A stretch of 63,545 nt of DNA, counting the filler, from Reticulomyxa filosa (Eukaryota; Protista; Foraminifera), in assembly GCA_000512085.1 (NCBI GenBank). It is 19 parts of 19 records of this genome, joined end to end, with 100 filler letters (N's around TTAATTAATTAA, not from the genome) between each part and the next. Parts side by side here need not be neighbours in the genome. Positions count along the whole stretch, not along the records: positions 1 to 7,214 come from ASPP01017992.1; positions 7,315 to 9,760 come from ASPP01011800.1; positions 9,861 to 11,179 come from ASPP01047885.1; positions 11,280 to 18,612 come from ASPP01017350.1; 15 more parts are not named here. One strand, given 5' to 3'. Position numbers and translations under genes: made by a program. This document shows positions 1 to 11,369 of the stretch, piece after piece. Numbering within the stretch: position 1 is the stretch's first letter; the number at the start of each line of letters is the position of its first letter. The notes under the pieces are model-generated. The model saw nothing but the letters and a program-made list of their open reading frames with translations. It did not search any database and was not told the origin of the DNA.

Positions 1-249
1 GTGTCTTTTTTTTTATGTTTCTTTTAAGTACTGTATTCTATCTCTTAGAACGAGGTGTTCTTTTAACTAGAAAGACCTGGGTTTGTGCATGTAGAGAGAG
101 CAAAAAATAGTGCGAATTGAGGATGAAGCGAGATAGTATTCCAACACTTAACACGCTGCAGCCCATCTAAAAAAAGGCTGAATCAACGGCAAAAGATCCT
201 CCCAAAAATGAATTACAACAAATACGTTGCCAAAAGAGTAAAAAATGTT

Positions 250-1270
250 AAGAAGTAACACTTCAAACACTTAAAAAAAAACTTTATATCACTATAAAAG
301 ATTTTTTACTAGCTAAAAAAAAATTTCTTTGTCTCGAGAATCTTGATGAATTTTCTGTGACGAAAATCGTTGAAAATACTTAAACTTTATTTTCAAAATT
401 TCCTTCAAAACTTGATAAATGTGCGTATCTTGATTCAAAATACAACTTTTTTCAAAAGTATTAATCTTTTTTTTCCTTCACAAGCCTTGTTATCATCGAG
501 TGAGTTTCGGTTTTGCCAGAGGTTCAGTAGAAGATACCCGACCCTCGGAGTTCTGCCAAACACAAGAATCGGATATTTACATCGATATTGCCAATTTCTT
601 AAAGGCGTCTGATACTCTTAATGCAAGCAAGATTCGACCTTCTCTCGCAAGCCTCCCGTTTCCAGTAAAAGGGTACTATCAGTTACCAGTAGTTTGCGCT
701 TTGTTACTCTTAAAGCAACTAATGCCAATATACGCGTGAAGTTTAAAATACACTTAGTCACACTACGATCACAATATTACAAAATCCAACTATAAAAAAA
801 ATTTTTACATCACTATAAAAAAAAAATTTTTACTAGTTGAAATTTCTTCGGACTTTGTCTTGCGGTATCTGGTTGGTTTCAAAATTGTCGATTTTTTCAC
901 GATATTTCAATATCTTTCGAAATATCTAGTTGATATTGTTTGATTTCTAGATCTTGCTAATCTTTCACGATGATATAGATTTATTTATTTATTTTTCGTA
1001 TTCGTACACATGAATTGTTTTCGGGCTTGTATATTTTTCTTCCACACGTTTTCAAATTTGACTTCATCAATCTTCTTTTCTTCATTTTGTTTCAAGTGAA
1101 GAAAGCACACTGCACTCGCAATATTACAAAATCCAACTACTACAAAAAACTTTATATTTCTTGGCCCGAAAAGTCTTGGGAACTTTCTTAGAATACTTTA
1201 TTCGATTTTAAAAATCTTCTTCAAAACTTAAGATATGCTGAAGTATCTTAACACTTCCAAACACACTCTC
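250..1270 (-). repeat. Mosaic of a dispersed repeat family with decayed coding segments (copy 1)
   Basis: 476-755 is the reverse complement of ~20170-20432, and ~1030-1085 matches ~20640-20700. The motif CAATATTACAAAATCCAACTA occurs at ~772 and ~1119, and TTTTTACTAG at ~303 and ~826. The minus strand translates, with frameshifts, to LLALRVSDAF..VFGRTPRVGYLLLNLWQNRNSLDDNKACEG and EEKKIDEVKFENVWKK. Confidence 0.85.
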
Positions 1271-1763
1271 TTTTAAAATACAAAAGTTAACATTAATGAT
1301 GAAGTGGATAAATATTAATTTTTTTTAAAAAAAGATTATATCATGCTCATATGACAAAATTATTCGAATATGGGATTCATTATCAGGTCAGCAACTTCAA
1401 TGTTTGGAAGTGCATTCAAATTCAGTGAATAAGGTGCGGTTTTCAGATTATTCCAAATTTGTGTCATTTTCATTTTTTTTTAGATAGAATGTTATAAGAT
1501 GAATTCACAGAAGAAATATTGCAAAACAAGCACCTCACTCACACTTGAATACAGACTAAGCATTACAATATGTTACAAAAGTAACCAACAAACAACATTC
1601 CAGCTTCAGCTTTGCAGCTAGTTTTATTTAAAATTGTTTGAATGATATCATCTATCTCATTGTAAAAAGATTTTAATTTATTCTTCGAGCAAAACTGCTA
1701 CAACTTAAAACAAAACAAAAGTCAACAAAGGTTTAATCATTTTTTCTTTGACCGTTTCTTCGA

Positions 1764-1976
1764 TCATTGCTTGTATAGGGCATGGGGGCTTTCCTTTGGT
1801 TTCCTTGGCCTTTTCTTTGATTTCCAGACCTTCAGCGGTCTTGACTTCGGTTTCCGATCTTCAAAAATCTTTTCTTTGGTTTCAGGGTCTTTGTGATTTT
1901 TCTTTGGTTTTTGTGCCTTCAGTGGCCTTTTCTTGCCCGGCTCCTCGCACGTTGCTGGCGCTAGTGCTTTCCGCAT
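1764..1976 (-). repeat. Degenerate ~30-bp tandem repeat with Lys/Glu-rich coding-like remnant
   Basis: CTGAAG..AAACCAAAGAAAA-type units recur on the minus strand; no recognisable domain. Confidence 0.4.
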
Positions 1977-2099
1977 CTTAATGAGATGCCTAATCGCGAT
2001 TATATATATTTTGCATTCTTGTCACTACCTTTCGCTCGGCTGTTACCCCCTGTTGGCTTTTAGCTAGCCAATGATGAAGGTGGATACTTTTTTTTTTTT

Positions 2100-2473
2100 G
2101 TCATGTCCATTTGATAACACAATTCGAATATTGAATATATCATCGATCAAATTGGATTATTAAGTGAACATTCTAGTGATGTAACTGATGCACAATTTTT
2201 GCCAAATGGATATAAAATTATATATTATTCATGGAATGGTGCCATTCAATTTTTGAATACATTAACCAAATCCAAATCTTTAATGACATTCTAAGCTATA
2301 TTTGCAATAAAATTTTCATTTGATGGTCTCATATTCAGATGATGAAACTATTCTAATATTGGATTTATCTTCAGGAAAAAAAATTCAAGTGTTAAAAGGA
2401 TTTATTCATTTATCACCCGATAGTTCAAACTAGTGTCATGTTCTAACGATAAAACAATTCTATTATGGGGTAG
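2100..2473 (+). pseudogene. Decayed WD40-repeat gene
   Basis: Fragments SCPFDNTIRI, EHSSDVTDAQFLPNG, SPDSS and VSCSNDKTILLWG are interrupted by stops and frameshifts. Confidence 0.8.
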
Positions 2474-3157
2474 TGATAAAGGTTAAATTGTTGATATAAC
2501 TGAGACTAGTGTGGTAAATTATATTTGGAGGTGGGAAGTCAAAGTGGTTTATCAATTGAAGACACTATTTGTAAGAATGCAAAGGGTTTGAAAGACGAAC
2601 AAAAAATACTTGTAGTACTTTGTTTTTTTATTATTTGTGTAAATAAAATCCCTTTAAATGCTCTTGTTAGTATATTTACCCTCAGCAAAACTGATTTTTA
2701 AAGATTTTAAAAAATAAATTGATGTTGTATATTTTCTTTTGACACTTCAGGATGACTTACTTCTTGCTTAGTCAGTAATTAAATAACGTCGATGTGAAGA
2801 ATTATAATGATTTTTAGGCAACATCACAAAAATTGTTTATCTTTGTTAAATTTGAAATAACAAATAAGTTTTTTCCAATTAAAATTTTTTACATTTACAA
2901 TCAACGCAAAAATGAACCATAAACTTATTCCTTTGGCTCAATTAGCAATTAGTTTACAAGATGAGTTTGTAGTTTTGTTAAACTTGTTCTATGCAAATTA
3001 AATTTGTTCTATTTGCTTATTACTTGCTATTTCCTTGAATAAAAAAAAGTTATATTCGATAAACTTTCTTGATTATAAGGTACAAATTTAACACATTTTT
3101 TTAATCTTCGTATTACTTGTTAACTAAATGTTTTTGTTTGAATGTATTTAATAGATA

Positions 3158-4310
3158 TTATCCCCAAATTCCTATTGTATCACAAGAACATGACACAATT
3201 GTATCACTATTTGGAGAAACATCCACTCCATCTACATCGCTGTCATATCCTTCTAATCTCTGTATTTCATATCCTAATTTTACATCCCACAATCGAATGG
3301 TATTATCTCTTGAACATGACACAATCGTTTTATCATCTGGAAAATATGAAATTCCTTTTACAACTCTGTAATGACCTTTCATTTTATCCAATAATTTTCC
3401 TGATTCCACATCCCATACTCGAACAGTTTGATCGCAAGAACATGACACAACAAAATGATCATTGAAAGAAAATTGTGCACATAGTACTAAATTTGAATGT
3501 CCGTTAAATATTTTCAGTTTTTCACCTGATTTTACATCCCATAAAATAATCATTCTGTCATCAGAAGCTGATAAAATCATCTGACCATTTGAAGAAAATC
3601 GTACACAATTTACAGCATCTGAATGATAATGAAATTTTTTAATCTCTTCTTCAGATGCTACATCCCATAATCGTATTGTGTTATCTTTTGAACCTGAAAC
3701 AATAGTTTTACCATCTGGAGAAAAGTTTATATCCAATACTGAATCTATATGTCCTTTTAATATCTTTAGTTCTTTTCCTGATTTGATATCCCACAATCGA
3801 ATTGTTTCATCATCTGCACATGATAAAATTGTACTTCCATCTGGTGCAAATTCCGCTGCGTTGACTCCATAGGAATGTCCTTTAAAAATTTGTATTTGTG
3901 TTTTCAATATAACATCCCAAATACGAACTGTTTTATCTGCAGATGCTGAAACTATCTTGCGACCATCTGCTGAAAATTTTACTCTTCTCACTGCATCGTC
4001 ATGTCCTTGTAAAATTTTTAATAATCTAAAGCATATTCCCTGTATTTAATGTTGTAAATAAGTCTATCCAATTACACTCAATTCATAAACAGCAAATGAC
4101 TCAACATATTTGGTAACAATTTTGTCAAACTCATCGATCCATCCAAATTTAATATCAAAAATCCGAAGCCAATTTTGTATTATTTGTTTTGTTTCTTCTT
4201 CTGACTTTTTTTTACAAAAAATTCAGCTTGTTTATTGTTTAGGCGACAAATACATTAACAAAGTGTTGAAGCAAACTTACAAGCTTCGGAATTGTAGTTA
4301 CAGTATTCAT
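3158..4310 (-). CDS. WD40-repeat protein with short N-terminal IIQNWLRIFDIKFGWIDEFDKIV motif
   Basis: Seven GH...WD repeats lie in exon 4039-3158. A GT-AG intron (4105-4040) joins this to the exon SEEETKQIIQNWLRIFDIKFGWIDEFDKIVTKY. The probable first exon is MNTVTTIPKL (ATG 4310, GTAAGT donor). Confidence 0.92.
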
Positions 4311-4552
4311 GAAAAGATTAATGAGTTTAAAAAAATTTTTAACTTTGTGGGTGTCCTTGCTTTTGTCTTATTTTTTTATTTTAAAAAAGCATGTTCTACA
4401 CAGTTTATTTATTTTACTTCTGTTCAAAGATATTTGATCACTGAAACGTACTTATCTTTTTTTGGGCAGTACTGCACTTTTCCCGCTAACACAAAAAGTT
4501 CAAAGCAAAAAAAATAACATAACCTACATCAAAACAAGAAGCAGCATCAAAT

Positions 4553-6671
4553 ATGAGTGAACTTAAAGAAGAAAAACTAAAAAAAGGATATCAAACTGGA
4601 GTGGCTCCAGTTCCTTTTGAACCACATTCATGTTTTAACAAGAGTTGGGTTTTGCAGTTAAACCATCATGAACAAATCAATCATTTTATTTGTTTAGTTT
4701 GCAAGCAAGTTGCCAATATTCCAGTTGAAATTAAGTGTTTCCAACACGAAGACATGGACGAAACATTGATTGCAGGAGAGAATTGCTTGAAACAATTCCT
4801 TACCGAAAACAATAATATGTGTCCAGTACAACCTCATGACGACTGTAAGTATTATAAAATAAAGCCACTTCGTCTTCAAATTAATGATTTAGTTGTAATG
4901 TGTCCAAGACAATTCCAACAAGAATTATCAACACCTGGAAGAATTGAAGAAGGAAAAATATCAAAGATGTGTGATTTCAAAGACAAAATAAAAAATTTAA
5001 ACGATCATTTAAATAATTCATGTCCTTTGAAATTGTTAGAATGTTGGTTTAAACCATTTGGATGCGAAGATTCTTATATAGGTCATGAATTGGAAGAACA
5101 TTTGATCACAAACATGAAACAACATTTCCATTTAGTGATGAAGGAGTTTTCATTGATGCAACAAACCATACAACGATTAAAAGTTACACCTATTCTTTTC
5201 TATTTCCAGTTTTCCAAAATTAAAAAAATTTTATATACAGGATGAAGCAGGCAAATTACAAACACAAAATGAAAAAATGAAATTAGAAATGGAATTTAAG
5301 GAAAAAAACAATATGAAGATATTTTAAAGATGCTTAGCGAAAGTTCTATTCTGAAACAACAACTTTGGAAACAAAATCAAGATATTCTTGATTTCAATGA
5401 TCAACAGGTATATTTTGTATGATAGAGAAATAAGCATGCGTATAATATGATGCCTTTAATAGAAAAAACTCATGAATGAACTCGAAAAACTGAAACAAGA
5501 ATTACAAATCAAAGAAAAAATAATCTTGGAAAAGGACAAAATTAGTATAAAACAAGAAAATATTATCAGTGAACCAAAAGAAAAACGCAATCAAGATAAA
5601 CCTAATTCACTCGATTTTGATACATTTCGAACATCATCCAAATTATTTAAATCATTCAATGGACATAAAACCAATGTCTATTGTATTGACTATTTAACTT
5701 TTGGTGATAGTCAATTCATTTGCTCTGGAGCAGAAGATAAAACTATTCGAGTATGGGATATAGAGACCACGGAACAGATACAAATATTTACTGGACATTC
5801 CGATGACGTGTCTTGTGTGAAATTTTCATCGTATCATTATTGTAACCAACATTCCACAGTCATTTGTTCTGCATCATCTGACAAAACTATTTGTTTCTGG
5901 GATATCAAAAATGACAAGTCATTTCAAATTTTTAATGGACACACTGATGGTGTTTATGGAATTGAATTATCGTCATTTAATGGTGGTCGATATTTGTGTT
6001 CTGGGTCACATGACAACACTGTTGGTTTATGGGATATTGAAACATCCAGATCTTTGCATATTTTCAATGAACACACGAATTGGGTTTGGTGTGTGGATAT
6101 TTCACCATTGCAAAACAATGACAACAATAATGATAATAAAAATAATAGTATTGGCGTGATTGGTGGTAATGGATATACAATTTGTTCTGGATCACTAGAT
6201 AGAACCATTCGTATTTGGGATATTGAAACAACAAAACAATTGATTGTATTCAAAGGACATGAATATGCAGTGAGAAGTGTAAAATATGGATCAAATGAAT
6301 TAATAAATACAATATTATCTGGATCCTGGGATACGAGCATGCGCTTATGGGATATTCGATCTGGTCAACAAATTCAAGTGTTCAATGGACATACTCGTGA
6401 AGTGAATGCAGTCGCATATTCACCGCTTGTGAATGGTAATGGAAATATGATATGCTCTGGGTCATGGGATAATACAATTCGTTTTTGTGATATTCGATCA
6501 AATAAGGAGTTGCATGTGATCAAAGGAGATGATGTAAAAGACGATGGAATATTATGCTTTAAATTTTTAGGATTAAAAGAAGAGAAAGTAAAGAAAAATG
6601 AACGTACAGAAAATGGCAGTTGCAGCTTGTGTTATGGTTCAAGTAAGGGTATTATTCGTATTTGGGAATAA
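4553..6671 (+). CDS. RING-like + TRAF-type zinc fingers + coiled coil + WD40 propeller (TRAF7-like architecture)
   Basis: RING-like CLVCKQVA...GENCL...CPVQPH, TRAF-type fingers CDFKDKIKNLNDHLNNSCP and CWFKPFGC...LEEHL, a coiled coil, then WD40 repeats. Introns are 5183-5240 and 5408-5462. One base is missing in the A7 run at ~5302-5308. Confidence 0.88.
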
Positions 6672-7214
6672 TATTGAATAGCTTTAAAATTTGAAGTAAA
6701 TAAGTGATTTTGAACGAGTTGAATTTGATTTGATGTTGGTTCTTTTGCTGCTTTTTTGAAACTGAAACGAAAAAAAGTAGTCAGAAAAGGTGCAGAAAAA
6801 GGACAATTAACAGTAAAGACTTTAACTTTTTGTTGAAATGAAGTTTTTTTTACGAATTAATAATTGTAATCCAAATTCAACAGGATAAACTAAAACAAAC
6901 AGTTATTGCTTAGTTGAAGTGGCAAGCAAAGTTAGAAATTTAACAAAACGTGTTTTTCATATTAGTCTATCGCACAAATTGATTATTTATCATAAAAATT
7001 TTAATCACTTCTATGAGATGATATCATTATCAAAAATTGAGTAAAAATAAAAAATAAATCAATTCTGTTTTTACTTAGTGTTAATAAATAAAACAAACTC
7101 ATTCAAAACAAACTATTGTCAATATATTCATCCTCAAACAGAATTGAATCTTTGTGTTACAATATAAATAAATACAGTATATTGCAAAAAAAACTGCAAT
7201 ACCTAAATGGCACT

Positions 7215-7314
7215 NNNNNNNNNNNNNNNNNNNNNNNNNNNNNNNNNNNNNNNNNNNNTTAATTAATTAANNNNNNNNNNNNNNNNNNNNNNNNNNNNNN
7301 NNNNNNNNNNNNNN
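7215..7314. other. Artificial contig linker (first of 18 identical 100-bp spacers)
   Basis: N-run + TTAATTAATTAA (stops in all six frames) + N-run. The others start at 9761, 11180, 18613, 19806, 21518, 23466, 28800, 44546, 45695, 47447, 51706, 53081, 55649, 56861, 59515, 60615 and 61877. Confidence 0.98.
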
Positions 7315-7349
<35 letters not shown>

Positions 7350-7372
7350 TTATATATACACTTTTTTAATAG

Positions 7373-8139
7373 GTATAATGCACCGAGATGTTAAGCCACA
7401 AAACATATTGGTGGATGACACCACCAAAAGCGTTCGCATAATCGATTGGGGATTGGGCGCATTCTATTATCCAGGACATAAGTACACTGTTCGTGTTGCG
7501 ACACGAGCGTACAAAGCCCCGGAGTTGTTGGTCAACTATGACACTTATCATTATGCCATTGATATTTGGGCTTTTGGTGCTATGTTTGCTGGCATTGTTT
7601 TGTACTTTTTTTTTTTTTCCCCCCCTCTCTTCTCCCCCTATTTGACCATAATTTGTTACTTATATTGTTATAATATATATATATATATATATATACATGT
7701 ATATATATATAAATAGATATTTGACAAACAATACTTTTTTCACGGAAGAGACTTGGAAGAGCAGTTAGAAAAAACAATAGAAGTACTGGGCACAGACGAG
7801 TTCAATGTGTTTATGAAAAAATATCACATCCCAAGACCCGCTTTTGTGGACTCATTTCAATATTACGAAAAGAAAGAATGGAAACATTTCATGAGCGACA
7901 ATGCCGAAAAAAACAAATTCATTACTCGAAATGCCATCGACTTACTTGAGAAAATGCTATGCTTTGATCCCAATCAACGTCTCACTGCTAAAGAAGCAAT
8001 GCAACATCCTTACTTCAAAAAAGTCAGAGATCAGATTGCCAAACAAAACCAAGCTGACGCCACTGCACAGGCTCCAATCCATCTTGAACCCTCTCCCGAT
8101 GTCGATGCAACAAAGGACAAAGGTCATAACTATACTTGA
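7373..8139 (+). CDS. CSNK2A: Casein kinase II alpha-like kinase, 3' part
   Basis: HRDVKPQN, the CK2-diagnostic IIDWGL, YTVRVATRAYKAPELL and RLTAKEAMQHPYF. Intron ~7597-7717; the 5' end is lost at the contig edge. Confidence 0.9.
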
Positions 8140-8876
8140 ATATATGTTCTTCAATTCTTTTGGACATTGATCAGACATGCTCCCCCCCCCCTCCATCTTC
8201 CTTTTTTTTTTTTCCTCCGATTAGTTGCAATAATAATAATAATAATAATAAAAACACACAAAAATCAAAAAATAAAAATTGTTACTTAACATCATATTTC
8301 TTTTTTTAAAAAAATCAATAATTTGTACATTTGAAACAATCACGCAACGAACAAAAACATGTGCAGCATTTTGTTTGCTTCAGCTTTTTTTACTGTTGTT
8401 GGATCACTCCATGTCTTAGCTTGTCATATCCATGTATCTTGTGGATATCTTGATGAACACAAAACTCCTTTCATTTTTCATTTTTTTTCCATTAGATATT
8501 TCAATTTAAGTACGTGCGTGTTTTTATTCAGCATTTTCTTCCTCCCGAAATAGTTCACTTGTACGTTTTTTGGTGATAGTTACAAAAAATACAGTATCAA
8601 ACCAAACTAAGAATGCCTTTCACGACGTTGTCGGCCACATGAGAGCAAAACACGATTGTATTTGCAATTGTCAATAATTTGAAAGTGAGTACGAGGACTG
8701 CATTGTTGTTACTGGCTATTTGTTTGATACAAGTTCCACGCCATGAAAATAAGTCTTAAACACCTTTACACGTTTGTTTTGTCTATTGGCTACGAAAGCT
8801 CTACAACAAGTTTTGCAACTCAAACAAAAAAAGCCATTATAGCCCCGCTTGCTTCAAACTGTAATACTTAATAACA

Positions 8877-9661
8877 ATGCAAGTATTAAAATTGCTTTCG
8901 CATAGATACCCTTTCAGCGTCCAAGGGACTTTAATTTCTCGTGATTTGGCAAGCATTTTGCCGTTGCTATCCTGTAGTCAACGGTTTAACCATTCGCAAG
9001 CCCAAGCTCAAGTCCAAGTCCAATCTAAACCTCAGCAATCTCAGTCTCAACAAACTCATTCTCATTCTCATTCTCATTCTCATTCTCATCTCGTTTTCAC
9101 AAACACGATCACTCGCATTCTCGCACAGGTGCTCACCAGCACGCGCGTGGGCCGTCGTCGATAATGCCAGTCCGACGTCCGGAGATAACACCGGTGACGC
9201 CAGTGCGCCTGCAAGTGGCGTCGTGTATCACCGAATTGGTGTTCAAGAACCCGTTTTCGAATTACAATCAAAGAGTGGACGCATTGAAGTTGGTGACGCA
9301 TTACGACATGAACTCGTTGTCACAGCAGGTGTGTGCCATTATCGCACGCATCTTCAAGCATTGCCAGACGCATGTGCCGTACGAAGACCGCAAGATCAAC
9401 AGTAAGAAGCTCGCCGACGACTTGCACATCACATCCGCCGAAGTACACGCGCTGAAGGCTGCAATCAACCACATTTTGTTGGAAGAGAAACAGTACGTAC
9501 CCGAGCCGGCGCCCAGACTGTCCCTTAAAAATCCTTACGAGTGGTTCCTTCCGACGAGACAAATAAAACGCAAAATCATTTATCATTGCGGACCTACCAA
9601 TAGTGGAAAGACTTTCCATGCTTTGGAAGCCCTGAAGAAGGCCAAGACGGGAGTGTATTGT
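8877..9661 (+). CDS. SUV3: SUV3-family mitochondrial RNA helicase, 5' part
   Basis: NPYEWFLPTRQIKRKIIYHCGPTNSGKTFHAL..KAKTGVYC is the SUV3 Walker A context, preceded by a presequence-like N-terminus. One T is missing at ~9089 in the (CATTCT)n repeat; restoring it joins the 8877 and 9164 ORFs. Confidence 0.9.
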
Positions 9662-9860
9662 GGTATATGTTACTCCTCTATGTTCTTTTGCGTGTGTGTG
9701 TATGTAGGGAAAAGTCAGAAATTTCCGGAAATTTCAGACACACATAATACTTGTATATATNNNNNNNNNNNNNNNNNNNNNNNNNNNNNNNNNNNNNNNN
9801 NNNNTTAATTAATTAANNNNNNNNNNNNNNNNNNNNNNNNNNNNNNNNNNNNNNNNNNNN

Positions 9861-11050
9861 TTGGACGTGACGATGACGACGACGATGGTGGTGGAATTTC
9901 CGAAATGGTGATGTCGAGCATGCAAAAGAGATAGAATAAAGCAGCAGTACTTGTGGAGATATGGTAAAGGGTACTTTTGAAACAGCGGTCTTCGACAAGT
10001 CAATTCCGCTTCTTGAAGTTGGACATGGCCTCCAATTGCCCAATTGTCAACTGCTTCTGTCTTTTTTTTTCCTGTTTCTCTGCGGACATTGCTTCAAGAT
10101 TCACCTTTTCTTGCACTTCCACTCTATTCTCATTTGCCATTCTTCTTCTTCTTCTACTCTCGAACCATACGACCCACCTTTATGTTTACTGTGTCCTCTC
10201 ACTATTCAAACGAATCGTGTCCGATAGTCAATTGTTCGCAGTCAGTTGCTGCTGTCGTTGCTACTGATAGTCTATTTTCCTTCGCTCGATCGAGGATGTT
10301 TATCATCACTGTGCTATTCTTGTCTTTTCTTTGGTCGTCTCCTCCCATTTGTCCATCTAACATCGACCTCGGCGCTCCATTTGAAGACTGTGTGGGATGT
10401 GTTGGTTATTGCAACTACTGTAAAGGCCGAGGCAGTTGAATACTGTGATGGCCGTAGTTGTACTGAATTATGATGATCGAATCTTTATTCCGTCCCCTAC
10501 CATCATCATCATCGTCATCAAGGTAATTACAATTCAAAACAAAACAAATCAAAAAACAAACCAGAATTTTTTCCCACAACGCTCTTCGTTGCATCAAATC
10601 TGGAGAAGCTTGTCCTGTCTCTTGATAATTGATCACGTTCAATTTATTTTCCAAACGTGCCATGGGTGGGGACTTTCTTGTTTGCTGCATTCCTCTCCCT
10701 TATTTTTTTTGTACATACATCATCTGATGAAAGCTTTTTTTTCATATACACTGTACATACATATATACATATATACATATATACGTATACACAAACGAAA
10801 CATCAGTGGTTGCAGAATTTGTTAGAGAGGATATTTTGTAACATTGTCGTCATCCTCTTGCACTATCCTTCTGGCACTCGGTGTAGTAATGAGATTGTTC
10901 AAATGGTCCAAGAAGAACTCATATCGCAAGTACCGAGAAGTGTCCCAGAGCAGGTGAGACAGAGACAAAATCGACGATGCCTCCTCTCATTGCGTGGTCT
11001 GTCTTTCTGGAACACGAAAAGTAAATATTGACTGGGCTGCGTCACTGGAC
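9861..11050 (-). pseudogene. Decayed coding-like region of unknown family
   Basis: Exon-like GC-richer blocks separated by microsatellite introns. Minus-strand peptides such as LSHLLWDTSRYLRYEFFLDHLNNL are broken by stops in every frame. Confidence 0.35.
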
Positions 11051-11369
11051 GAATAAATAAAAAATAGCCCAAAACACAAAACTGGCAATGATCACCATCC
11101 ACAACAATTGATACAAAGTCTTGTGTTTGAACATATCATCTTGTGTTTTGGGCTATTTTGGTATTATTTAATATTACATNNNNNNNNNNNNNNNNNNNNN
11201 NNNNNNNNNNNNNNNNNNNNNNNTTAATTAATTAANNNNNNNNNNNNNNNNNNNNNNNNNNNNNNNNNNNNNNNNNNNNGTTTATTTGTTTATTTGTTTA
11301 TTTGTTTATTTGTTTATTTGTTTTCTACTATCTCTTCCAATTCTCCCTTCCTGTGTCCCTCTCTCTCTC

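Noticed and set aside
476-755. Conserved structured ncRNA (snRNA/SRP-like) shared with 20170-20432
   Set aside because: No U1-U6, U3 or SRP signature is recognisable, and the similarity continues as a frameshifted protein-like reading.
2020-2090. Hairpin TTGGCT..AGCCAA followed by ATGATGA (box C-like), as a snoRNA
   Set aside because: No appropriately placed box D or terminal stem; the sequence runs into poly-T and a WD40 pseudogene.
9861-11050. Stop-codon reassignment suggested by in-frame stops
   Set aside because: The stops are of mixed types and come with frameshifts, while intact genes in the window end normally in TAA, TAG or TGA.
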